Translations under genes and position numbers: made by a program
Shown: in pieces, positions 38,479-50,324 of the stretch
Layout of the letters: each line of letters begins with the position of its first letter
Numbering within the stretch: position 1 is the stretch's first letter
Source of the DNA: Yuukianura sp. NJ FZ-2021
Taxonomy: Eukaryota
Assembly (NCBI GenBank): GCA_046563655.1
Contig: CM102289.1
Coordinates: 6,572,001-6,636,000, forward strand
Length of the DNA stretch: 64,000 nt
Reading direction: 5' to 3'
The notes under the pieces: generated by a model
What the model saw: only the letters and a program-made list of their open reading frames with translations
Databases searched by the model: none
What the model was told of the DNA's origin: nothing

Positions 38479-40353
38479 TTAGTGTAGAAAAATTGGAAGT
38501 GAAACATCCGTTTTGAAATATTCTTCCGGATCCCACTTTCTTTTTGTATCGACGAGTTTTCCCTTGTTTTGTTTATAATTTCTACCCACAAGTTCCAATT
38601 TGTCATAATCCAAATCTTCAAAATTTTGATAACTTTCTCCAGAATCCCAAAACTTCGTAGAATTTCGAAACTGACGGACCCAATGAACGCCCTTAAGTCT
38701 TCCTTCCTTCTTCACCGTTCCTTCGTATCTGTAACTCACGTTGAAAGTTGCATTTCGATGAACGTATGAATTTTCATTCCTCGCATGGCTTCGAATTGCT
38801 CCAGTTTCAGTTGTTACTTGGACCAAAATATGTGGAGCCATGTTGACAATTTCGTCTTTGAGTTTGAGTAATTCGGCGTTGGTGAGAAGGCGGTTGACAA
38901 ACATCGACTTCAACTTGAAGAATCGCTTGGCAGCGTTTTCCTTGGTCATCAACTTCATGTAGGAATGGAGTTCCTCCTCTGTTGGCATTTCACCCTTGAT
39001 TAATTTCTTTTTTAGCATGTACGATGGTTTTCCGTCGATGAGGCGCGGATATTCGATTGGAGCGTAGCCAGTGGTACTGACGAATTCAAAATAATTTGGA
39101 TTTGTAGTGGTAATGTCATTGGTTTCAGCAAAAGTTGATTTTACGGTGGTTAAAAAGTCTTCATCTGATTTTGGCTGTAAAACTGGATCTTGAATGTGGA
39201 GCAATTGAATTGTAATTCCTTTGAGAAGGGCCGGGTACTGCTTGTTATATGAATCTGAAATTTTTTAAGATTTTGGTAAAAAAAAAAGCAAAATGAAAGC
39301 AAATTTCATATTTCCAATTACCGCTTGTAATGAACAGAGTCCTAGAACTTGTTGGATTGTTTTCTTCTGACCAAGTATGGAACTTTTGAAATGCTTCGAA
39401 CGCTTCCACGAACTTTTTGAGCGGGTATCGTACCGTTACAAAGGTCAATTTCAAATCCGCGGCTTTAATGATTTTCAATTTTAGTTCAGTGATGAGTCCA
39501 ACCAGTCCAGGGCCCATGCCTCTCACGGCCCACCATAAGTCCGGTGGGTTGTTCGGTCCCACTTCGTGTTTATTTCCAAAAGAATCGATGAGGTCAAAGT
39601 TCAAAATATTGTCCACTGTTAGGCCATAGAGGGCACTGAAGGGCCCTTGGCCTCCACCAATAGCATTTCCCGCAAGTCCAGCAGTTAGGTGGTGGGACAT
39701 CGGTAGTCCATAACCTCCGTTTTTCCACAAGTAGGAATGAATAGATCCGACAAGCTGAAAAGATCAGAAATCAAATGCTGGAATCTGGGCATGCGCACTT
39801 GACCAAAACTAAAAACTTGACTTACAGCTCCCGGTTCAACAGCTACTACTGGGCCAGTACTTGTTTGTTCAATTCGTATCTTGTTCATTTGTCGAAAGTC
39901 CAGAACAACCGAATCCGGTTTGCCCCATGAAATAGATTCAAAGGACAGGCCACCACTGTTCGGAACCAATGGCTGACTCGCTTTCTTTCCACATATGACA
40001 GCAGTCGAAACGTCTCGCGCAGACGTAGGAACAAGAATGGCTGCAGGATCCACTGGCTCCTTCTTTCCGATTATGCGCAGATTCCAAGCATTATTCAAAT
40101 CCTGAAATGCTTCGTCTTCTGGAAGCACCAACTTGTTTATGCGAAACTTGGATGCGTCGTCAGCCAAACACTTTTTGAATTCTTGGAAGTGAAAACTGCT
40201 AAGCTGGGTCTTAACAGTATCCTTCACCCATGTCATTGGTTTTTTAACGAGATTATTGTAGGCCGTACTTGGAGAAAACCAGCTACCGTCAACGTCCCAT
40301 GGTGAAAATGCTGCAAGTAGCAAAAAACAAAAAGCGAGTTTCCAAAATTTCAT
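38479..40353 (-). CDS. Secreted FAD-linked oxidoreductase of the BBE/VAO (FAD_binding_4 + BBE) family, 3 exons
   Basis: Signal peptide; PAAILVPTSARDVSTAV, SGGxSFE, VLDFRQMN, VEPGA, GGGQGPFSALYGLTVDNI and DLWWAVRG; C-terminal YQNFED...LVDTKRKWDPEEYF. Two GT-AG introns. Confidence 0.88.
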
Positions 40354-41176
40354 GTTGAGTTAAAATTTTAGAAGAATCGAAAACGGAACTGAGCCAATTT
40401 TGAATCAATCACCTAACTGAAATAGCCATATTTGTAACTGCTCTTTCTAACTGTAATTAACCACAAGCCTCAATCAAACAAGTTCGTAATCAATTTCTCA
40501 CTTTGCGAATTAACCACAAAAACTATCGGAGTGAGCTTCACAAGTCAATTGACTTTTGGTCTTATGAGACCTGCAACAATCTTAAACTATGAAGCGCGTT
40601 AAGTACATCCATCTTAGTTTCTAATTAACACGGAATTACTCTGATGAAAGGTTTACCGAACACCGCACAAAAAAAAAAAATACACCACATGCATTCAGGT
40701 TAACAAACTTCGTTTATCTTCGACAATAACCAAAAAGTTTCTAAACCGTTTAGCGTTTGAGTCGTTTCCTCACATTTAGATTACTATAACGGATTACTAC
40801 TAGAACTGTAAGAATGGATTTCTTTAGATACGCGATTCATTGTTACCTTAGAATGCTTCTACTCCGTTGACATGAACTTTGACAGTGCCAACTTAGAAAC
40901 AAAAATAATCCTGAAGTAATCTATACTTTTAAGGTTGATGCGTAAAGTAGTAGGTTACCTTTTTTGTACTAGAACCAGGTCAAATGAGGTCAAAAGGCTT
41001 TTTATGTTGTGAAGGATAGGATTTGAGCAATTCAAAGTCTTAACAACAAGGATCTACTGTCATTTGTCGCTTGGTGTTTATCCGAATTGGACCACAGACG
41101 CTGTCCCAGGTTCAACTACCAGCCGAAAATCAAAAATAAGAATTGGAAACTGAGCCGAGATTGGCCAAATTGAAGA

Positions 41177-42047
41177 ATGGGTAAGCCTAAGCTTGCCAAA
41201 ATTTTTGATAGTTGATATAATTGTAAAAAACGTAAAACTTTAATGTGGCTTAACTTGGCAGTATTTTGCGGTGGAAGCGACAATTGCGAAGCGTGTCACC
41301 TGAACGTTCCTGATTGTGGATGGGACTTCGAAACTGGAAAATGCGTTCAAACATTGGAACCAACAACGTTCTTATGTCCTGGTCAAACGACGTTACCATC
41401 CGTAGTTGACGGCGGGCCAACACTGAAGATAATTGCTGGATTTATTACGGAACCAATATCGGTCAGTACAAGTAACGTAGCTTCGGAAAATGACTACGAG
41501 TGGGCCCCAATTGCTGTATTGGTCACAGGCTTAGTCTTGGGTAACCATCTCAAACATTCTTTTACATAAACCGTTGGTAAAACACTATCCAACATATCAA
41601 TATTGTAGCTTGCGTGATCCTAATATTGCTGACGGGGTTTGTACTTGTCCGCAAGTACTGGGGCATCTTCGGCTGGACATGGTGGCCTACACACTGCGGA
41701 GAGGAGCGCCCGCGTGAACGTGTGCGTGGTCGTGCTAGGCGACCAGCTGATCCACAAGTACTGAATCGTCGCAGAAACGTTGGTAAGAAATTAAAGGTTA
41801 ACAAATTCACTGTCCTTACACTAATTCCGAAATTATGTCTATTTTAGACCACATTCTTACACCGCCGCAGTGGTACGAAACCCCACCACCTTCCCTGCCT
41901 CCGCAGCCCCTGGAAGTGATTGCCCTCTCGGATTTAGAGAGTGGTGGGCTACAGAATGTTCGCGCAGACGTACATGAAGCAACGAATGTTCAACGTCGCG
42001 GCAGCCGACCACAACAAACCACGCAGTCCATTAGCCAAGAAGATTGA
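41177..42047 (+). CDS. Small single-pass membrane protein with a PSI-like Cys-rich ectodomain
   Basis: Spliced exons give CGGSDNCEACHLNVPDCGWDFETGKC...C, a Thr-rich stalk, a TM (IAVLVTGLVLACVILILLTGFVLV) and an Arg-rich then Pro-rich tail. The start is uncertain and no clear signal peptide was found. Confidence 0.6.
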
Positions 42048-42447
42048 CTTCTCATGCTGAACACTTTGACACCTTCAGAACGAAAAGTACATTCCAATAA
42101 CCGGATTCTGTCCAAATGAGTTTCAAATTCGCAACAAAATTAATTGAATTTTGATTTTACCTTTTTTTTTATTTGAAACAGATTTTCTGTTGTCAAAAAT
42201 AACTTCAATTTTTAAATTTTTTACATGTTTTGTATAATAATGTTTCGTTTTACTTTCTATCTTAATTTTAAAACAACGGCTGACTTACGACGAACATACT
42301 TTTGAAACAACACTTGTACGTGCTGTAGATATATAATTTTTTTTTACAAAGTAAGTAAATTCATTACGAGGTTGGCAATTCTACACCTTATCCAGAAGTA
42401 ATTATAAATTGTAGGTTAAAAACACAGGAGTGCTGTGATTGTATTAA

Positions 42448-43718
42448 CTAATCAGAATCTGAATCGGAGTCGGAGCTGTATGAACCAAGTAGTGCTAGCC
42501 CAGTATTGGCAGGTTCAGTACCACCTTGCGACGAAGTTGTGGATGGTTTCGCAACTTCCTTGGACTGAACTACTGGTTGTTTTGGCTTGACAGCCACAAG
42601 CCCTTTCTGGGAGACACCAAGCGTACCAATACTAAACGACTTACTACTTTTCGCAGTATCTGATGATACTTGTTTGTCTGTTGAGGTTGTCATAATATCC
42701 GTGGGTTTCTTGAAATCGGGTATGACGTTACTTTTCTTGGCCGGTGGTTTCTCTTCGTCGCTGGAACTGTCATCTTCAATTCGTCTTATGGTTGTAGGAT
42801 CCTTTTGAAATACAGACCTATAAATAAAAATACATTTGTTTATATAATGGAATTGGGTTAGCTCCTAGCTCGGTTATGTGCAATGATTGAATGACGCTTC
42901 GATTCTTACTTGATGAACTCCTCGTCTTCTTCTTCCTGCTTCTTCAATTCCAGTTCAGCTGAGTCCGGTTTCGGAGCAACCTCCTTCAGCAAGTTTTCGT
43001 AGTCTGGTGTAAAATGGCGCTGATTCAGTTCCTTGAGCTCCTCCAATGCTTCCAGCACCGCCATTTCATTCCGTGAAGCCTGTGTCCTCTTCTCCAATAC
43101 CTTCATCGGATTGGTCGCATCGTCTTCTGCCTCCGCTTTGGCTTCTCGCTCTGCTTGTTCCTCGGCTAGCTTCAACGCCATGAAGTTACGAGTTGCTCCA
43201 GCTTCAATAATGTAATCAGTGGATACTGGATCTGTTTTGAAACAGATTTCAGCAATACATCTTGTACACTGCAAACGAATCACAAAAGTTTCACGTCAAC
43301 ACAAACGCTACAAGTCACCTGCCTATTCACTAAAGTTAGACTTTAACGTACCTTGATATAGAATCGGTAAATTCGTAGTCCAAGATAGTCCTCGTTCTCC
43401 ACGTCTTCCTTTCTAGCATTGAATTTCTTTCCTTTGTAGATGTACTCTCCACATGTATTACAACGCATGTTACAAGGTGCCATAAGCCGAACAGTGAATT
43501 GTCGATTTTTTCCCTGCCGAGCTCTTTTCAATTTCGAAGGATCAAAATCCGGTGGATAGTATTTCTACAAAAAGACGTCAGAAATCGTAATATTAACCAA
43601 GAGCTGCAAACTATGTACATAGTAAATCATTTAATCAGGTGAATGAATATTAATTGAAACTGAAACTAAAGTATATAATTATAAAGTAACTTACATTCAA
43701 CACTTTTCGTTCAGACAT
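42448..43718 (-). CDS. YJU2: Splicing factor YJU2 (CCDC94), 4 exons
   Basis: [19 protein letters not shown]...[29 protein letters not shown]...[26 protein letters not shown]...EAGATRNF...[10 protein letters not shown], ending [17 protein letters not shown]. Confidence 0.95.
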
Positions 43719-45274
43719 CTTTCCAACGAAGTATCACTCGTCCTGTGCACTTTTAATTTTGGATTGGATTCAATATTCAAGGCAACACTTCTACCGATTA
43801 ATTTATGTTCTTGTTCATCTAATCGAATCGAATGGTCGGAGATGAATCGATGAATGACGAAGAAGAAGACGATATCATATGATAAAAAAATCGAAATTAC
43901 ATATTATTCGGTCCTTCTAAATTTTTCAATTACCCAACTGTGCACCCATGCCGTTGTTGGGCAAATCTAAAAATCGTTTTTACTTCAGTCTTTTATTAAA
44001 ACGTTATTTAATTTATATGTTAAAACGTTGTATATATTTATATTTATACCTTTAGAGTTTAGTTTATTAATTTAAGAAAAGTATATTAATATGAAAAAAC
44101 AAACTATTTTTTATTACTTTCTACTGTTTGAGGTAACATACTGCGTAAAATATCCAAACTGAGCATTTTAAGGTGACATGTTGGGAAATTTTTGTTGAAG
44201 CTTATAAAGTCAAGTCACTAAAGTTGGTTGCGTCACAGGCTGTTTAAAGTCGTATCAAAAGCGGGGAACCTCAACTAATTTTGAAAACGTATTTTGCTCT
44301 ACGCCAAATAGCTGAGTCCGACCGTGTTCGTTGTTCCTGTTTTCAATTTGATTTGGACGGAGCAACAAGTGACAAAGGTGAAAGTGATCCAATTTTGGTT
44401 AAAAAGGCGTCGAAGGACACAAGAGAAAGTTGATTGCCTTCCTCGCTCATCTTCTCTTCCGCCTTTCGAAATTCAATTTCCCTCCACTTCGCATTCTGTC
44501 TCTGCTTTCAGCCGCCATGATTTTGTGGACGAAAATTCGGTTTTGTCAAATTCAATTATTTTCCCATTTGGTCTTCCGGAACAGAAATGTTGTTTTGCAG
44601 TGAAACAGAAAACCCAATTTTCGGACAATTTTGGCGTAGCAATCTAGTGCGACTTGACCTTCGGAGTGTCCGCATGACCTCGTGTCCTGCAACTAAATGG
44701 AACGGAATTATATTTTTGTTTGTTCAAAAACAAGGATCTGTGCATTACAAAAACAAATAATGGTTTGAATCAATTTTTTTTTGTTCAATTTACAATAATT
44801 TACATTTCCGGAAAGTATGAAAAAAATTTGACTTTGAAAATTTGGAAAATCTAAGTTTGACTTCCACTTCTTAACAAACTTCCCAGAACCTTTCAACTCT
44901 TTAAATGCATTTCCGTTTCAGGTTCTTAATTTGAACTGAAGCAGCAACCAAGCGAGGATTTTAAATAGAATTTAATAAATCAAATTTAAAACACAAAGTT
45001 GCAGGATGTCAAATTTTAAAAATAATGAGACGCCTGTGAAAGTTATTGCTTTCACTCAAAGTAATTTCCACTTGTTTAAAAAATTTTGCCAAGAAAATTT
45101 CAACTCAATCACTTACAAGTCATTTAGCCGAATTAAAAACACATCTGATTTTTTTTCACTAACTTAATTTATTGTTCATAGAATTTAACGACTATCGGCA
45201 TAGAAGTTTATATTGAAAGCGTCAAACAATCCGCCTTTTTAACTTTGTGGTCATGTCTCTCTTTTTCAACAATT

Positions 45275-46132
45275 TTAACCAGACGTTCTTAAATTTGAAA
45301 ACTGGAATATTATCTTTTGAAACCATTTCAGTTCTAACAATCCAATCAGAAGAGGCGCAAGTAACGAAGTGTATCGTCCTTTCCGCCATGTAACTGCTCC
45401 ATTTCCAACGTTGCATTTGTCAGTTTGACAGCATGTGTTACAAACATATCTAAACGCAAAGTAAAATTCTATTACACATTAATATTGTTTCACGCGAAAA
45501 GATTTAAAGAATTAATATTACAATCTTGTTCTTTCGCCCATGATGACGCAACCTGGTTCACATTTTGCCGCGCAACTCCTTTTCATTCCGAATGTTTTCA
45601 TAGGCCAAGTTTGGTTCTCATCCGTCAATGTAAACGAAAATCTGCGAACCTTTTAAATTGTAAATCAAATAACAAGTTTAAATATATCCGTGTTTAGTAG
45701 ATCAACCATTATTACATAACGTTAAAAATCTAACGTACATATATACCACATTTACATCACCTTACCAAGCAGTAAGTAGAATTTTGGTCGCATGGTTCAG
45801 GATAACCGAAGACTCCATTGTCATTTTCTGTCAAATTTTGGCAATTTGTTTCTGTTTCCGAGTGACAAACGTGACAGTAAAGTGATTCGACGGATTTCGG
45901 TTGTTTCGCTGTTTCAATCATCTTGTCAGTTATTGGATTGCTTGGACTACACTCAGGAACTTCAATAATCAAACACATATGAATTTATAAATATATTTTT
46001 CATTTCAATTTATGTCAATTTAAATGCAAAAGAGTTCAAGCAATAGAAACGTTGAACCTTACCAAGAAGCATAAAGTTTACTACGACGATTGAGAACATA
46101 GACAGAAAGTGATACGCCGATGACGTACACAT
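45275..46132 (-). CDS. Ly6/uPAR (three-finger, quiver-like) protein, probably GPI-anchored, 4 exons
   Basis: Signal-like exon 1, LYCHVC...NC...PCDQNSTYC, RSCAAKCEPGCVIMGERTRLYVCNTCCQTDKCN (terminal CCxxDxCN motif) and a hydrophobic C-terminus. Confidence 0.85.
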
Positions 46133-48746
46133 TGTCGAACTAAACAAGATAAATTTAAGGATGCTATTACACTTCTCTCGTTGAACTTGAGGCTAATCGT
46201 ATTCTAACTATATTTTGGATAACGTTTAACTCTAGTTTTGAATCAAGCTCCAAGTATAACACAAGACAATGCGTCAGTCCCTCCTGGAACTTTCTCCACT
46301 TGCACTTTCACATTTCAAAATTTTCTTTTTTGGCGCCGGGAAACAGCAGTTGTTGTCGGAGAAATCAATACCTAGCCCACTTTCTCCGAATGTTCCTACT
46401 TCCGCTAAAACGGACTTCCAACACTAGTTAAACCAAAGTTCACAGCTACCAAACATGGAAAACGGCAAAAAATTAAAACCGCGCTGTAAAAATATGTACC
46501 TTCAGTTGACAAGGTCGAAATAATAATAATTTGCCACGGTCACGAACCTTTTGGGCCATTAAAACTTCGCACCCACATTTAGCATTACTTATTTCTTATT
46601 TCTATTTGCAAAGCAGTTTGTGGTAATTACGGTCTGCGCTGCGGTGGAAAGCCTAATTGAATTTAAATGAAGTACTCTGATAAAAACGGGTAAAAACTCA
46701 AACAAACAATCACACACGAACGACGCAAAAAGTTTCCGTTTGACTTGCGCAGGAAGGTTACGAGTTAAAAAAAAAATTATTTTCTGACGCTGTAGCCGGA
46801 AGGAATGAGTCCAAAAATTTTATTTTACTTTTAAAAACTGAAATACTAACATGTTTTAAATGAGCAAATAGTTTTGTTGCTTTCTCACTGTTAGAATCTT
46901 ATATAAATTTTTCTTTTGTAAATTGTTAAAACGGAATTTTTGGGGAAAAGGAAATACTCAAAAGATCTGAAGTAGCTCAACAACTTTCTCCGTTTCATTT
47001 CTATTGTGCTGCGGCCAAGCATAACTTTGTAGATTGGAAAACAAAGAAGTCGTCTTTGTTCCACAGATTTCTTGGTTTCAACAAGTACTGCTGCATTTTG
47101 TTTCTCTTTCTTTTTCAAAGGGAGAAATCTGACGAAAAAAGTCGTTCTGCTTCTTTCTGGAAGAAGTGAAGCAAAAACTCAGAAAAAAAAATCCTTTTGG
47201 TGAAATTTGTTTCCTCCACTGCTAATTTCCCATGGGTCACCTTTGTGACCTCTCAACTTTCCGTATTGAGATGATTGAATCTAGAAAAATCTAAAAATAA
47301 CGGAATTATGAAACTAAATACAACACTCACCAACTTCAATTTCCTAAAAGAAGGTACAAAATATGTACTATTATCACAAATTATTCCCATTTTGAAACTA
47401 GAGAGTGATAAAAATCAAACTATTCAACAAAAATCTTATAAATAAAATTGAAAAAGTACAATGGCCGGATACCAAGAAAAAATTGAATTGGAATAGGCGC
47501 CATAATTTGAAATGATAAAAGTAAATTGTAATGGAACGCTTGCTTGACTTTGCCAAATTGTCAAATTACCGCCATTGAGAATGCAAAGAAGAAACGCTGT
47601 TTCCTCGCATAAGGTGAAAGTCACTTCTCGAAACCCATTTTCCATTTATTCCATTTCAATAAATTTTCTCTTCGAAATTTCCTTGCGTCGCATTCTCAGT
47701 TTTCCTCGAAAAAATCAAAACGAGGAGCCTTTGGCGGTTGACGCTTTTCAGTAATAACCGAGAAGTGACTGCTTCAGTCATTTTCTTCTGCTTTGTAAGC
47801 TTTCCTTCTTTAGCTTAGTAAGAATCCATTAACTTCTTCCTTTTGAATCATCGACTAACTTTTTGTGTGATGACGCTATGGGGACACTTTATTTGGCCTG
47901 CTGGATTTGACAATTGAAAAATGGGCTTTTTTGAAAATCTGGCAGTAAAGTGGAGAGTGCCGCACAAAGTGAACCGGATTTCCGCTTTTTAAAAAAAATT
48001 GTGCTTTCCTTTTCATCACTTTCCACTCTGTGGGATTTGTAATTTGAAAATGGCGGGAGAAAAAGCTTTCAAGAGCGCTGAGGTCTCAATCTAGGAGAGG
48101 TCAAGAGGTCATCCTATTGTCATATTAGAGTATATTGACACATTCTTTTGGGTTTTCAAACTATGGCGGGTTGATTAGTGGTTTACGTAGTAGTTTGGTG
48201 AAGTAAGCTCTCCTGGATGGTTGGATTTTGGGATGGAGGACTTGGCTTTTGAATTCAAGTTTACCTAACTCTTCTATCGGAGATCCTAAAGTTGCCTCCA
48301 TAACTGAATCCTTTCTTCTTCCCGCCTGTGTGTCCCGTGTGACACTTTTTCGATTTTTGTTTGCTGCCAAGGTTCAGTGGGTTTGGCTTTCACCAGAGTG
48401 CAAAGAGAAAGCACTTGGGCTGATGCCCATCCATGACTCTAATTGTGTTTGCTGATTACAGTTGACTGGGAATGATTAAAATCATGCAATTAAAATCCAC
48501 CAATAACGTTAGCAGATTGGGATCAACCTAACCTAAGTATTTTCATCCTCCCTCACCGCCTAACATAACTGCGAATTCTTAAAATGTGACGTTTTAAACG
48601 TTTGTTAATTCCTAAACCCGAACTTTACTTTTTAACATGAAAAGTAATTTGTCAAGAAAGAAATTCCAGCTCAGCTTTAACGATTCAAATAATACTGCCA
48701 GTTACAAACTAACCGTAATAAATACAACTAGAAGTGAAAAGAATTA

Positions 48747-49535
48747 CAGTGGAATTTCCAAATAAGGGACAGGAGCTCCTCCTCTTTTTCACTTTCATAT
48801 CATAACTTTGTTGTTTGATGAGATAGCGCAGATCTAAAACCTGATTTTCATCAAATTCTGAGACAAAAAAAAATTCGAAAAAAAAAATTTCAAAAAAATT
48901 TTTTTTTGTGAAATTTTGATTTCCGAGAAAATTTTTTTTGCTTTTTGGTATCAGGGGTCAATAGAGAGTTTACACAAAAATTTTCAAAATTATCCGAATT
49001 TTTCCACTAAAGGAAAATTTTACCCAACTGCGCACAATCTGCGCTACTGCGCACAAACTGCGCAACTGCGCACAATCTGCGCAACTGCGCACAATCTGCG
49101 CTACTGCGCACAATCTGCGCTACTGCGCACAAACTGCGCTACTGCGCACAAACTGCGCTACTGCGCACAATCTGCGCTACTGCGCACAAACTGCGCTACT
49201 GCGCACAAACTGCGCTACTGCGCACAATCTGCGCTACTGCGCACAAACTGCGCTACTGCGCACAATCTGCGCTACTGCGCACAAACTGCACACAAACACA
49301 ATATTGATACATATATAGATATCACATATAATTAGCAATAATATATGAATATTATTTATATATTATTATTAATTATATAATTTAAACGTCGAAACAGGAA
49401 ATTTTCATTAGAATGGTTTTCCTAGCCTTAAATTCCATATAACTGACCGTTTACCAGAAATCTTACGGTACTGGGGGAGGAGCCTACTTCCAATCCTCCA
49501 ATCGTGATTTTTTCCCTTATTGGGAAAAGTCACAG
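48747..49535. mobile_element. Tc1/mariner-like non-autonomous element (MITE) with internal minisatellite
   Basis: The left end TA|cagtggaatttccaaataaggga matches the reverse complement of the right end (ctgtgacttttcccaataaggga) at 18 of 23 positions. An inner gctcctcc/ggaggagc inverted pair is also present. There is no transposase. Confidence 0.6.
49028..49293. repeat. 19-bp tandem repeat CTGCGCACAAWCTGCGCWA, 13 full copies plus 1 degenerate
   Basis: Directly visible 19-bp periodicity with variation at only two W positions. Confidence 0.97.
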
Positions 49536-50324
49536 TTAAAGTTATAACACGTTTTGCTAATCAATATTGAGTTTAAGTACAGAACAATTTGTGAAGTTAG
49601 TAGAAGGATTTTAGTGCTGAGTGAAAGTTTGCTGGTCACAAATCCAAAAAAGTTTAGCAAAGTATTAACTTTAATCAGGATTGTTAATTATAGAACAACT
49701 TTGTAAGTAAGATAAATGAGTTTTAGTGTGATTAAAATCAGAGTTAAGAAATTGCCTTTTATTCTGTTTTCCTCACCACTGGAGCATCGTCTGAGGAAGA
49801 CCGCATGGCAAAGACTTTCTCTTCCTCTAACCTAAGCAGTAGGTTTCCCAAGCCAACAACTTTGTGTGTGATTCCTCGGTTCGTTTCCAAGTTCCGCTTC
49901 AGTTTCCTTCCGAAGCCCACGTCGAGCTGAACAAATTCCGTACTTTCTCTGGTCGTATTTCAAATTCCCTTGCAGTCTTGGACAATAAACTAAAGAAGAC
50001 ATTTGGAACCGGGTTGGAAGAAAAAGCTCAAATGGCTTTTAGCCTAGTTCAGGCTTAGATCCTATCCTCCAAAGTCATTTGGACGTAATTCAAGCTTTCA
50101 GTTTGTGTGTCAGTTGAGTAGAGTCTGAACGAAGCTGAGGCGTGTGACTTTGAGTTGAAAGAGAAAGTGAAGAAAGGCGCTAATTAGTTCATTTTCTCCT
50201 TGACATGTGTCTTTCTCTAATGAATAAGCCCTATCTCCATTGTCATCTTCATCGTCTCAAGTGAATTTAAGCTTAACCTGTAGTGCTCGAGCACGTCAGA
50301 TCCAGGCAGCAACGCACAAGAAAA

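Noticed and set aside
49028..49293. Possible CRISPR array
   Set aside because: The units are head-to-tail with no unique spacers, there are no cas genes and the context is eukaryotic. It is a minisatellite.
48916..49335. 139-aa repetitive Cys-rich ORF
   Set aside because: It arises from the stop-free 19-bp repeat, starts at TTG and has no splice support.
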